A DNA stretch of 64,000 nt from Verrucomicrobiota bacterium (GTDB lineage Bacteria; Verrucomicrobiota; Verrucomicrobiia; Opitutales; Opitutaceae), in the NCBI GenBank assembly GCA_023399155.1, contig JAEWQP010000002.1:145593-209592 (forward strand), given 5' to 3'. The notes beneath the pieces are model-generated. The model ran no database searches, was not told the origin of the DNA, and saw only the letters and a list, made by a program, of their open reading frames with translations. Positions 39,025 to 53,052 of this stretch are shown piece by piece (within the stretch, counting starts at the first letter, position 1; every line of letters begins with the position of its first letter). The translations under genes were made by a program, and so were the position numbers.

Positions 39025-39825
39025 TCACTCGATCGGGAACTTCGCCGGATCGAGCGCGATCTTCGGGAACGACAGCTTGAGCGCGCGGAGGTGCTCGGCG
39101 ATCACCGAGGCCACGATCAGATTGCGCAGCCACTTGCGATTGGCCGGCACGATGTACCAGGGTGCGTGGGGCAGTGAGGTGCGTCGCAGCGTCTCGGCGT
39201 TGGCGAGCAGGTAGTCGTCCCATTGCTTGCGGGCGAGAAGATCGGCCGGTTCGAACTTCCAGCGCTTTGCCGGCTCGTGCAGGCGCGAGAGAAGCCGCCG
39301 CTTCTGTTCGTCGCGGTCGATGTGAAGGAAGAACTTGAAGATGATCGTACCTTCATCGGCGAGCATGCGTTCGAATGCCGTGATGTGGTCGTAGCGGCGC
39401 TGCCAGACGGTCCTCGGCCTGAGTCCCTGGACGCGCACGGCGACGATGTCCTCGTAGTGGCTGCGGTCGAAGACGACCATCTCGCCGTTGGCGGGGGCGC
39501 GCGCATGGATGCGCCACAGGTAATCGTGGGCAAGCTCCTCGGCGGTTGGCCGCTTGAAACTGGCGACCGTCACGCCCTGCGGGTTTGCGGCCTTGAAGAC
39601 TGCGCGAATCGTCCCGCTCTTCCCGCTCGTATCCATGCCCTGGAACACCACGAGCAGCTTGTGGGTGCGGGCGGCGTAGAACTTCTCCTGAAGTTCCGCG
39701 ATTTCGGCCGCGAGCTTCTCAAGGCGGCGCTGCGCGGCCTCCTTTCCCTGCGGGAACAGTTTCGCCTGGTCGGGATCGAGTGTGCGGAGATCGAGCCGGG
39801 CCCGGTGCTTGATCGGTCGGATCAT
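39025..39825 (-). CDS. ppk2: polyphosphate kinase 2 (PPK2, polyphosphate:nucleotide phosphotransferase)
   Basis: Walker A FQGMDTSGKSGTI and FDRSHYEDI (PPK2 lid) region. Confidence 0.85.
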   Translation of the reverse strand: MIRPIKHRARLDLRTLDPDQAKLFPQGKEAAQRRLEKLAAEIAELQEKFYAARTHKLLVVFQGMDTSGKSGTIRAVFKAANPQGVTVASFKRPTAEELAHDYLWRIHARAPANGEMVVFDRSHYEDIVAVRVQGLRPRTVWQRRYDHITAFERMLADEGTIIFKFFLHIDRDEQKRRLLSRLHEPAKRWKFEPADLLARKQWDDYLLANAETLRRTSLPHAPWYIVPANRKWLRNLIVASVIAEHLRALKLSFPKIALDPAKFPIE

Positions 39826-39900
39826 GCCACGGTGGTGGCAGATCCGACCGGTTCTGGGCAAGCGCGGAGACAGCCTGCGTCCGGCTCGAAGGGTCGGCTG

Positions 39901-41892
39901 CTAGGGACTGCTCGCGAGGGCCGTTGCGTATTCCGCAGCGGTGAGTTCGCGATAGTCGCTACGCCAGTAGCTGCGGAGCATCGGCGTGCCCGGCGGGAAG
40001 GTGCCATCCCGGAAGAGCTTGCTGAATCCCCAGGTGCGGTTCGGAGGCGAATAATAGTCCACGCTCCAGATCGTAAAGTCCGCCTCGCTCTCATAAAGGC
40101 ACACGAGCGATCCCCGGATCACGTTCTTCTTGCCTGACCAGTTTTCAAGAAACCGGGGCAGATTGTGGGCGCCTCCGGATCCTTCAGCGAGGCCGAGGGC
40201 ACCTGAAGGTCGAATCCCTGTGACAATGGCAGCGGCGACTTCGGTATCGGCTGCCGTCGGCTTACTGGTGGTGACGGCATCGTTCCAAGCCGTCGAGAGC
40301 AGAGTCACCGAATCCCCGAAGAGCGCGCATGGGACTTCGCCAGATTCGGATTCAGTCGCCGAGTTGGCATTGGTCACGTTACCATCGGCATTGAAATGCC
40401 CCTGCACGTAGAGGGCATTATTGGTGGCGAGGGTGAATCCTGGGTCCGAACCGCGCGAGGGGATCCCCTTGCCTGCTGCGCCTCCGGTCTGGCCGTTGAT
40501 GAGTCGGAGCCCAGTGAATCCCAGATCGGCCGCTGTGCTGGTGAACGCGACGTAGACGACGCCGTTCCAGTCACTGGCCGGATTGTATCCGGCGATCTTT
40601 GACGAGGTCGTTGGTGACTCGATGACTTGCTTGAGCTTGCCCACGTCGAGGTCATAGCACTTCACGCTCTTTGTTCCGTCGGGCCGGCGTCGGTAGTCGC
40701 GGAAATACTTGGGCGTGCTGACCAATCCACTCGGAAGTGTCACGACCGTGCCGTCCTTGCGCTTTGCCGTCACCGTCCCTGAGGCACTGACCTCGATATA
40801 TAGGCCTGCTTTGCTGGCCATTTTCTGCTTTTCGACTTCGGCATCGTAGTGGGGTGCGGAACTCGGAAGGAGCGGTTCAATGAGTTGATGCCCCGAGTTC
40901 ACCGGGTCGTAGGAACCGGTGCTCGGATCATCTTCGGCGTAGTCCTTGAATGACGGCGGCGAATAGGTATTGATGCCATGATCTTGGGTCTGGAGATTTC
41001 CGTTCCAGCGATTCGTGGCATAGGCAGCGAATGACTTCTCGATCGAGGACGGGACCATCTTGCTGTCCTTCCATACGCCACCGTCCTTCATGTTGAGCAA
41101 GGTCCCGCTTCCATTCATGAAATTGACGGGCATCTCCTTGAGCGTTTCAGTATTGTGACTTCCTCCTTTTCCCCCGGTCGGATTCTTCCAGGCGTGGAAT
41201 ACGTCGCCGGCGACGGTGACGGTACCCCGGAAGTTCAGCGAATCCGATCCGGAACCCTGGCATGCGACATAGAGGTCGCCATTGGTGTGGACCGGACCAT
41301 CGATGTTCATCAGCGGGCCCGGTGCGATCTCGAGGTCAGGATTGTAGAAGATTGCGTGGGTGAAGAGGGGCACGTCCCGGACCGAGAGGTCGGCGCGTGC
41401 ATAGGCCGCGATATCGGGCCCGCCCGCAGGGTCCGTAACAGTCGCCGTTCCGAGCACGGTTATCCGGCGGGCATACACGCGCTTCCCCTTGTCAGGGTCC
41501 TGCTCGTTGCCCGCGACGCTGGGATCGATGAAGGTGAGGGCGGAGAGAGACGGAATGTTGCCGCCATTCACACCCAAGGCGTCGTAGCGGACGTTTTGTG
41601 AATAGTAACTCTTTGGGGGAACAATCAGTTTATCCGTGCCGCTGGACAGCGCAGAGGCGGTGATATTCGTGCGCGTCTCGAACTTGTCCTTCACCTGTGC
41701 CAGCGCGAACTCGATGGTCGTCTCGGCTGCGTTTTTTGCTTCCAGCCGGAGCGCAGCGCGATGGTTCATCTTTCGCTCACTCAGCGCAGCCGAAAGGAGG
41801 CTGGCGATGATGAGCGCGAATGCCATCGTGATCACCACGGCGGTGACAATGGCGGAGCCTTTGATGTTCGGATTTGAGCGGCGCGTTTGCAT
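39901..41892 (-). CDS. large PilX N-terminal domain-like minor pilin/pilus assembly protein
   Basis: N-terminal TM helix, then LSERKMNHRAALRLEAKNAAETTIEFALAQV resembling PilX_N. 663 aa. Last gene of the pseudopilin operon. Confidence 0.6.
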   Translation of the reverse strand: MQTRRSNPNIKGSAIVTAVVITMAFALIIASLLSAALSERKMNHRAALRLEAKNAAETTIEFALAQVKDKFETRTNITASALSSGTDKLIVPPKSYYSQNVRYDALGVNGGNIPSLSALTFIDPSVAGNEQDPDKGKRVYARRITVLGTATVTDPAGGPDIAAYARADLSVRDVPLFTHAIFYNPDLEIAPGPLMNIDGPVHTNGDLYVACQGSGSDSLNFRGTVTVAGDVFHAWKNPTGGKGGSHNTETLKEMPVNFMNGSGTLLNMKDGGVWKDSKMVPSSIEKSFAAYATNRWNGNLQTQDHGINTYSPPSFKDYAEDDPSTGSYDPVNSGHQLIEPLLPSSAPHYDAEVEKQKMASKAGLYIEVSASGTVTAKRKDGTVVTLPSGLVSTPKYFRDYRRRPDGTKSVKCYDLDVGKLKQVIESPTTSSKIAGYNPASDWNGVVYVAFTSTAADLGFTGLRLINGQTGGAAGKGIPSRGSDPGFTLATNNALYVQGHFNADGNVTNANSATESESGEVPCALFGDSVTLLSTAWNDAVTTSKPTAADTEVAAAIVTGIRPSGALGLAEGSGGAHNLPRFLENWSGKKNVIRGSLVCLYESEADFTIWSVDYYSPPNRTWGFSKLFRDGTFPPGTPMLRSYWRSDYRELTAAEYATALASSP

Positions 41893-41897
41893 GGTAT

Positions 41898-42509
41898 TCA
41901 GCCTCGGGGGGCCACGGTGAAGTTGTAGGTGCTGACTGCGTTCTTGAGGTTGCTGCCCCGACGCGTGATCTCACCGCGAACGATCACGGTCCGATCGAAG
42001 TTGTAGAACAATCGGCCGTCACTCAGGCCTCTCGACATTTCCAGGACCTCGTCCCACGTGTTGCGTGTGGAGGTTTCGGGGGCCAGGGTGATCGGATTGC
42101 TCGTTTTCGTCGGAGTACAGTCAACAGTGAATCGTCTGACCGGCCCCGAGTCGCTGCCGCTGGCTGCCCGATAGTAGCCCACCACGCGGATCACCTCCTC
42201 CGGATTGGATGGATTCGTGTAGACGAAGAGCGCGAAATCGCCCGACTGCTCGACGCCCATCAGCGTCCGGTCATCGAAGGAACGGTAGACCCTGAAATAG
42301 TTCGCCTCGACCGCATTGTCGCTCAGTTCATTCGTGAAGCTTCGCATATCGCGATTCACGAGTTGGCGGCCCAGGTCATAGCGGTAGATCTGGAGACCAT
42401 GTATGAAGAAAGCCAGCACGGCCGTCATCAGCACGGAGAAGACACCCAGCGTTACCATGATCTCCGCGAGCGTGAAGCCGCGGCGGAGTGTTCGGGATTG
42501 TTTTTTCAT
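41898..42509 (-). CDS. prepilin-type cleavage/methylation domain protein (PilW-like minor pilin)
   Basis: RRG|FTLAEIMVTLGVFSVLMTAVLAFF class III leader. ATGA overlap with the upstream gene. Confidence 0.75.
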   Translation of the reverse strand: MKKQSRTLRRGFTLAEIMVTLGVFSVLMTAVLAFFIHGLQIYRYDLGRQLVNRDMRSFTNELSDNAVEANYFRVYRSFDDRTLMGVEQSGDFALFVYTNPSNPEEVIRVVGYYRAASGSDSGPVRRFTVDCTPTKTSNPITLAPETSTRNTWDEVLEMSRGLSDGRLFYNFDRTVIVRGEITRRGSNLKNAVSTYNFTVAPRG

Positions 42510-43081
42510 CGGATGTCGGAGCGGATGCAGGAAATGATATCGGAGCGTTGGCGCCAGCCGGAGACAGTGGGTTCGAGCCACGTGTAGCTGATCGATATTA
42601 ATCGCGCGGGACCTGAACTGTTCACGGACTCGTTGACCCGCTCGACATACACAGCAAAGGTGACCCGGGAGTCATCGGATGGATCGTTGGGGGTGTTGTT
42701 CACGTCGAGGAGCCGAACGTTTGGGACTTCAGTGGCTTTGGATCGGGGCAGCCGTGAAAGGATGAGTTCATCGTCCGCATCGTCGCCGTTCCCGAACCGC
42801 ACCTTGACCTTTGGAACGGTCGGTTCCGGTACGTCCGACGTCGTCAGTTGGTTGAACGGAAGGCCTTTTAGCTGTTCCAAGTAACCATGGGCGGTCACCT
42901 GGGCGGTATTCTGCCGCAAGGAGGCTTCGGTCAGCCGTCGTGACTGCATCATCGCTGCAATGGTCGAGGCGGCGACAATCGAGAAGATCCCGAGTCCGAT
43001 CATCACCTCGACGAGTGTCATGGCCTGGCGGGTACGCGGGCGGGTGGGGCGCGGGGTTGCTGCGGCTGGAGGCGTCTTCAC
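42506..43081 (-). CDS. prepilin-type cleavage/methylation domain protein (GspH/FimT-like pseudopilin)
   Basis: RQA|MTLVEVMIGLGIFSIVAASTIAAMM. Atypical Ala at -1. Confidence 0.7.
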   Translation of the reverse strand: MKTPPAAATPRPTRPRTRQAMTLVEVMIGLGIFSIVAASTIAAMMQSRRLTEASLRQNTAQVTAHGYLEQLKGLPFNQLTTSDVPEPTVPKVKVRFGNGDDADDELILSRLPRSKATEVPNVRLLDVNNTPNDPSDDSRVTFAVYVERVNESVNSSGPARLISISYTWLEPTVSGWRQRSDIISCIRSDIR

Positions 43082-43289
43082 ACCTTCAGTCTACGGCAGC
43101 CCTCGTCCCTGCGTTAGGGGCGGGCGGGCAGGCAATGGCCCCTGTCATCTCGGGCCATCCGGCCCTGAAAGGATTGCTCAGCCCGGAATGAGGTGAATGC
43201 GCGGGTCTGAGATCCCCCGCTTCGGGGAGCGCAACACGCCGGGCACCAGAGGGATCCGTAGCGGAGGGAGAGGCGCCGCGTTCCGGCTC

Positions 43290-43946
43290 CTATCGTCGGG
43301 CGGCCACGAAAAGCGCCACGGCCTGCGAACGTCGCGTGACGTTGAGCTTGTCGAAGATGTTCGCGACGTAGTTTTTGACCGTCTTTTCGCTCAGGCCGAG
43401 ATCGCTCGCGACCTCCTTGTTGGTGCGGCCTTCCGCGATGAGGCTGAGCACGCGCTGCTCCTGGGCCGAGAGCGCCGTGAGCGGGTCGGCCGCACCGCCG
43501 TGACGAGCCATGCGCATGACCCGCGCCGTGACGCCGGGATCGAGGATCGAGCGGCCGGCGGCCACATCCAGGATCGCGCGCTCGAGGCCGCGGCCGTCGA
43601 TCTCCTTGAGCAGGTAGCCCGAGGCGCCGCTCTCGATCGCGCGAGCCACAAGGGCGTCGTCGACGACGGAGGTGAGAAACAACACCCGCGGTCCCTCCGG
43701 AAAGTCCGGAAGGCGTGCGCAGATGTCGAAGCCCGTGCCGTCGGGCAACCGGATATCAAGGAGCGCGACCTGCGGCCGCAGCGCCTGGATCGCGGCAACG
43801 CCGTCGGCGACCGTCGCCGCCTCGCCGACGATGCGCAGCGATGGCGATGAGCCGAGCAGCGTGCGCAGGCCCGTGCGGACGAGTTCGCTGTCGTCCACGA
43901 GCACGACCGTGACAGGGGTGGCTGCGTCCTGGCTGTTCATGGGCAT
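43290..43946 (-). CDS. NarL/LuxR-family response regulator
   Basis: REC VVLVDDSELVRTGLRTLL...LLDIRLPDGTGF. C-terminal LuxR HTH LSAQEQRVLSLIAEGRTNKEVASDLGLSEKTVKNY. Confidence 0.9.
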   Translation of the reverse strand: MPMNSQDAATPVTVVLVDDSELVRTGLRTLLGSSPSLRIVGEAATVADGVAAIQALRPQVALLDIRLPDGTGFDICARLPDFPEGPRVLFLTSVVDDALVARAIESGASGYLLKEIDGRGLERAILDVAAGRSILDPGVTARVMRMARHGGAADPLTALSAQEQRVLSLIAEGRTNKEVASDLGLSEKTVKNYVANIFDKLNVTRRSQAVALFVAARR

Positions 43947-45199
43947 GGTGAGCCTGTCCGGGGCATCGGGATGTCGCAAGTGATGGTCGAGCCGCGGTCG
44001 GGTACGCTGTGCGTGGATACGGAACCACCGTGGCGCCGCGCGCGGGAGCGCATGTTCTCGAGGCCGTGGCCTGACGAAGCGGGTCCGATGCGTCCGAAAC
44101 CCCTCCCATCGTCGCGAATGATGAGTCGCAGGCCGGCTTCGTGTGCCTCCAGCGAGATGGATACCTCGGAGGCGGCGCCGTGCCGCAGGCTGTTGCTCAC
44201 GGCCTCGCGGACGATCTGGAGCAGGTCGGCTTCAAGTTCGTCTCCGAGTCCGGACACGAGCGCGGGATCGATCGAGACGTTGAACCGAGTCACCCGTCCG
44301 GAGCCGAGTTCGCGCGTCAGGACGTCCACCGCCTGCGCAAACGTCTGGTGGCGCAGGGCGTCGGGCGAGAGGCCGCTGATGTAGGCGCGCACATCGCGGA
44401 TGGTCGTGTTGAGCGCCCGGGTGACGCCGGAGAGCCGCTCGTCCGCGGTGGCGGGATCGGTCGCGATCAGGGCGCGGGCGGCCTCGAGTGTCAGGCCGGT
44501 CGCGTAGAGCGATTGGATGATGCCGTCGTGAAGGTCCTGCCCGAGGCGGATCCTCTGCTCGAGCGAGCGGGTGAGGAGGAGCTGTTTGATGTTGAGGTCC
44601 TCCTCGGCGCGGAGCCGCTCGGCGCGTTCGCGTTCGAGTTCGGCGCCCTGGCGGACGGACATCGAGGCGAGTTGGCTGAGGTTGTCGAGACCTGCGCGCG
44701 CCTGGGCGCGTTCCAGGCCGTTCGTTTCATCGGCCGAGTCGCGAGTGCGGACAGACCAGAGCAGAAATGCGACGAACACGACAATCACGCCGAGGGCGAG
44801 GTAGAGCAGGCTCGCGGCGATCGCCTGGGTGCTCTCAAGCAGGCGCGCAGCCGGTGGCGCGTTGAACACCACCGTGGCGCGCGACGATCCGTCGGCCCCG
44901 GCGAATTCCCGTGTGAACTGCCAGCGTGACGCATGTGCGGCCGCGTCGGCCTCATCGCCCGTGTGTATCCGTGCATCGAGCACGCGCTCGATCGCGATGA
45001 TCGCATCCCCGGACCAGGGCGGCGGGCCGAGGCCCGCGAGTTCGAGAACGGCGGTGAACTGGCGTTCCTTCTGCGCGACCGCCTCGTGCCGCAGCCGCTC
45101 GGTCTGGCGATGCAGGAGCCGCTGGCTGACGACGAGCGCCGCGACGAAGAAGAGCAGCAGGATCGAAAAAAGACCGATCAGGCGGGCAACTCGCTTCAT
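43937..45199 (-). CDS. sensor histidine kinase (HisKA_3/NarX-DesK type)
   Basis: TM MKRVARLIGLFSILLLFFVAALV and a second TM. HisKA_3 LHDGIIQSLYATGLTLEAA. HATPase GHGLENMRSRARRHGG. Overlaps the RR start. Confidence 0.85.
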   Translation of the reverse strand: MKRVARLIGLFSILLLFFVAALVVSQRLLHRQTERLRHEAVAQKERQFTAVLELAGLGPPPWSGDAIIAIERVLDARIHTGDEADAAAHASRWQFTREFAGADGSSRATVVFNAPPAARLLESTQAIAASLLYLALGVIVVFVAFLLWSVRTRDSADETNGLERAQARAGLDNLSQLASMSVRQGAELERERAERLRAEEDLNIKQLLLTRSLEQRIRLGQDLHDGIIQSLYATGLTLEAARALIATDPATADERLSGVTRALNTTIRDVRAYISGLSPDALRHQTFAQAVDVLTRELGSGRVTRFNVSIDPALVSGLGDELEADLLQIVREAVSNSLRHGAASEVSISLEAHEAGLRLIIRDDGRGFGRIGPASSGHGLENMRSRARRHGGSVSTHSVPDRGSTITCDIPMPRTGSPCP

Positions 45200-45352
45200 G
45201 GAGGTCGGGGCGGGAGGGTGTGCGCGGGTCCGGGCCGGGCGCCGGATCATTCAAGCGTGCAAGCCGTTGATAGCAAGAGCATCGGCTGCCGCGCGGCGAT
45301 TCGCAGTATTTTCTCTTCTCCGGGGCGGAATGTCTGCTTGCATGCTGGTCCC

Positions 45353-46882
45353 ATGAAGAAGTTCTTCATCACCACGGCGATCGATTACGCCAACGGCTCT
45401 CCACATCTCGGGCACGCCTATGAAAAGGTGCTGACCGACGTCGTCGCGAGGTTCCGGCGTCTGATGGGTGACGAGGTCTTCTTCCTCACCGGGCTCGATG
45501 AACACGGCCAGAAGGTGCAACAGTCCGCCCGGGCCCGCGGGATCGCGCCCCAGCAGTTCGTCGACGAGATCGCGGTCGAGTTTCGCAACCTCTGTGCGCG
45601 GCTCGACATTTCCAACGACGCTTTCATCCGCACGACCGAGCCGCGGCACAAGACCGTGGTGCGCGAGATCCTGCAGCGCCTCCACGACAAGGGTGAGATC
45701 TACCGCGCCGAGTACAAGGGCTTCTACAGCACACGACAGGAACAATTCCTGCAGGACAAGGACCGCAACCCCGACGGCTCGTGGCCGGCCATCTACGGCG
45801 AGGTGACGGAGATCACCGAGGCCAACTACTTCTTCAAGCTCCGCGGCTACCAGGAGTGGCTGATCGACTTCCTCAAGAACAACGAGGACTTCGTCTTCCC
45901 CCGCTACCGGCAGAAACAGGTGCTGGAGTTTCTCTCCGAGCCGCTCAACGACCTGTGCATTTCCCGCCCGAAGGAGCGCCTAGAATGGGGCATTCCGCTT
46001 CCGTTCGACGAGGACTTCGTCACCTACGTGTGGTTCGACGCGTTGCTGAACTACTACTCGGCCGTGGCCGACAAGCCCGGTGTCTGGCCGGCGGCGTTTC
46101 ACGTCATCGGCAAGGACATCCTCGTCCCGCCGCACGCCGTTTACTGGCCGATCATGCTGAAGGCAGCGGGCATCGAGCCCCCGCGATCGTTGCTCGTGCA
46201 CGGCTGGTGGTCGATCAACGGCGCGAAGATGTCCAAGAGCACGGGCAACTTCGTCGACCCGATTGCCTTCGCCGACCAGTACGGTGCTGACGCGCTGCGC
46301 TACTTCCTCATCCGGGAGATGAGCGTCGGCCAGGACAGCGACTTCTCGAATAACCAGTTCCTCGCCCGCTACAACGCCGAGCTGGCCAACAACCTCGGCA
46401 ATCTCGTCAACCGCACGCTCAACATGACGAACCGCTTCGCCGGCGGCGTGCTGCCGGCGGCGGAGGGCGCGGCGGATGCTGAGAGCGAGCTCCAGGCGCT
46501 GTGGACGAAGACGCGCGACGAGGTGATCCGACTCTTCGAGGAGTTTCAGTTTCATGTCGGGCTCGAGCGCACGTTCGCGTTCATCACCGCGACCAATGCC
46601 TACATCGAAAAACGGGCCCCCTGGAAGCTGGGCAAGTCCACGGTGACAGAGGATCAGGCGCTCCTGCGCTCCTCGCTTGCGACGACGGCCGAGGCCCTCC
46701 GTCTGGCGGTGACGCTGCTCGCGCCGGTGATGCCCTCGACCACGGACAAAGTCCTGGGGCTGATCGGCGCAGGCGCGACGGGCTCCTGGCAGGAGCGGCT
46801 GGCGTGGGGCTCGACATTGACCGGTGCCGGGGTCGGGCAGACGGCGATCTTGTTCCCGAAGCCAACCACGTCCGCCTCGTAG
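45353..46882 (+). CDS. metG: methionine--tRNA ligase (short form)
   Basis: MKKFFITTAIDYANGSPHLGHAYE (HIGH-type), KMSKS, anticodon-binding helical domain. Confidence 0.9.
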   Translation: MKKFFITTAIDYANGSPHLGHAYEKVLTDVVARFRRLMGDEVFFLTGLDEHGQKVQQSARARGIAPQQFVDEIAVEFRNLCARLDISNDAFIRTTEPRHKTVVREILQRLHDKGEIYRAEYKGFYSTRQEQFLQDKDRNPDGSWPAIYGEVTEITEANYFFKLRGYQEWLIDFLKNNEDFVFPRYRQKQVLEFLSEPLNDLCISRPKERLEWGIPLPFDEDFVTYVWFDALLNYYSAVADKPGVWPAAFHVIGKDILVPPHAVYWPIMLKAAGIEPPRSLLVHGWWSINGAKMSKSTGNFVDPIAFADQYGADALRYFLIREMSVGQDSDFSNNQFLARYNAELANNLGNLVNRTLNMTNRFAGGVLPAAEGAADAESELQALWTKTRDEVIRLFEEFQFHVGLERTFAFITATNAYIEKRAPWKLGKSTVTEDQALLRSSLATTAEALRLAVTLLAPVMPSTTDKVLGLIGAGATGSWQERLAWGSTLTGAGVGQTAILFPKPTTSAS

Positions 46883-47024
46883 CGGGTACGCGACACCGCA
46901 TGCAAACGGAACAGGCGCAGGGTCGGAGGATTCGCGGCTCAACTCGGGGCCTTGTCCTGTCCGGGGTCCCGCGGTTCGCGTGGCCGCACGCGCGATTGTT
47001 CACCCCTGCGTCGCGTGGCTTCTG

Positions 47025-48455
47025 ATGAAACTTGTCGCACTCCAGCCCTCTGACATGCAGTCGCGCGAGGCGCTGGTGCGTTTCCTGGAGGAGTGTCGTC
47101 GCGTTGCCGTTGCGGCGGGGCGGCCGCAGTTGGTCAGCATCACGATCGAATCGGAACGGCTCGACCCGCTCGCGGTGCTGGAGTCGATCTACGAGCCCGG
47201 TGAGGTGCACTTTTACGTCGAGCGGGCTTCCGCCGACATGGCCGTGGCCGGCGCGGAAGCGGTGGTTTCGTTTATGGGCGAGGGGGAGGACCGCTTTGTG
47301 CAGGCCGGTGCATGGGTCGCCGACGTGCTCGACAACACCATCGCGGTCGGGGCCGCAGAGCTTCCCTTTGGCGGGCCCGCGTTCTTTGCCGGTTTCGCTT
47401 TCGAGGATGTGCAGCCTGCCGGGGCTGAGTTTCCCGCCGCACGCGTCTTCGTGCCCCGCTGGCAGGTGGCCCGGGTGGCTGAGCGGTCCGTCGCAGTCGC
47501 AAATACGCTGGTCAGCGCCGAGACGGACATCGCCACGACCGCGGAACGCATCTGGCGCGCGCGCGCCAAGTTCTCGTCGTTCGATTACACCGAGCCGGCG
47601 TTCGACGGCGCGATCGAGGGCGGTCTTGCCCGCGAGGACGAGGTCGGCGGAGAGGGCTGCTATGCAGCCAGCGTGGGACGGGCCGTGGAGGCGATCGCGG
47701 CCGGCCGGTACCGCAAGGTCGTGCTCGCACGGGCTCGTGACCTGGAGGCAACGACGCAGTTTCACCCGCTCCGCGCCTTGAACGTGTTGCGGCGTCAGTT
47801 CCCCGACTGCTACGTGTTTTCGCTGGGCAGTGGCGGCGGAGCCAGTTTCATCGGGGCCAGCCCGGAGCGTCTCGCAGCCGGTGCGGACGGCAGGCTGCGC
47901 ACGGAGGCCCTGGCCGGTTCGGCCCCGCGAGGTCGCACTGCGGTCGAGGACGCGATGCTCGCGCGCCAGCTGCTCGCCAGCGAGAAGGATGTGCGTGAGC
48001 AGGGCATGGTGCTCGAGTCAATCGTGCGCCGCCTGGCGGCCGTCGGGATCACGGCGGTGGACATCGGTCGGCCGCGTGTGCGCCAGCTCCCAAACGTACA
48101 GCACCTGTGCACACCGATCGAAGCGCCTCTGGCGGCGGGTACCGACCTTCTGGGCATCGTCGGCGAACTCCACCCGACACCGGCGGTTGGTGGCACACCC
48201 CGCGACGTGGCGGTGGCGCACATGCGAGCACTCGAACCGTTCGCACGCGGGCTCTACGCGGGCGTGCTCGGATGGGTGACGCATTCGGGCGACGGCGAGT
48301 TCTTCGTGGGTATCCGTTCGGCCCTGATCCAGGGCAACCGGGCGCGGGTCTTCGCGGGAGCGGGGATCGTCGAAGGCTCTGTCCCGGAAAAGGAGCATGC
48401 CGAGACGGAACTCAAGATGCGTGCCCTGCGGGAGGCGCTGCTGGGAGGGAACTGA
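47025..48455 (+). CDS. isochorismate synthase family protein (MenF/EntC-like chorismate-binding enzyme)
   Basis: C-terminal GGTPRDVAVAHMRALEPFARGLYAGVLGWV...GIRSALIQGNRARVFAGAGIVEGSVPEKEHAETELK is characteristic of the chorismate-utilising family. ATG confirmed at 47025. Confidence 0.75.
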   Translation: MKLVALQPSDMQSREALVRFLEECRRVAVAAGRPQLVSITIESERLDPLAVLESIYEPGEVHFYVERASADMAVAGAEAVVSFMGEGEDRFVQAGAWVADVLDNTIAVGAAELPFGGPAFFAGFAFEDVQPAGAEFPAARVFVPRWQVARVAERSVAVANTLVSAETDIATTAERIWRARAKFSSFDYTEPAFDGAIEGGLAREDEVGGEGCYAASVGRAVEAIAAGRYRKVVLARARDLEATTQFHPLRALNVLRRQFPDCYVFSLGSGGGASFIGASPERLAAGADGRLRTEALAGSAPRGRTAVEDAMLARQLLASEKDVREQGMVLESIVRRLAAVGITAVDIGRPRVRQLPNVQHLCTPIEAPLAAGTDLLGIVGELHPTPAVGGTPRDVAVAHMRALEPFARGLYAGVLGWVTHSGDGEFFVGIRSALIQGNRARVFAGAGIVEGSVPEKEHAETELKMRALREALLGGN

Positions 48456-48852
48456 CCGTCTGGCGGATGATTCCGGTTCCGGGTCGGTGCCGGGCGTGAG
48501 TTGGCAGATTTATGGATACGTGACAGCGGGAGGACTGTCGTCCGTGCGGGCCTACGAACTCTCATCCCGGATGGCGGAATCGACCCGGTCACTGAAATCG
48601 TAGGGTCCCCGCAGTGGGCCTGCGGAGCGCGCTGCGCGTGCCCCATGTCGGCTGCGGGCAACCGAGCGATTCAGGAGCATACGCGGAACGACGTAAGGGT
48701 CGTGCAGGAGCGCGCCCTGCAAAGGCGAAACTGCGGCTGCAGGCGCTTCGCTTTGTCGTCGATTAAGCAAGGGCACAGTGTTCTTTATGGTGGCGCGCGA
48801 CGTCCCCCGCGTCGTCTCGGCATCGCCCTGAGGAACGTGCGAATCCCCGCCC

Positions 48853-52929
<4,077 letters not shown>

Positions 52930-53052
52930 CACGTCGCTCCGGAGTTCAGGAGAACCGCGTTGCGCACGGCGCGCACGCGGCAAAGCTGGTGGCATGTTCA
53001 CTCCGGGTATTTTCGGCACACGGCTGTCCGCCAACCGGACCAGGAACCTCCG

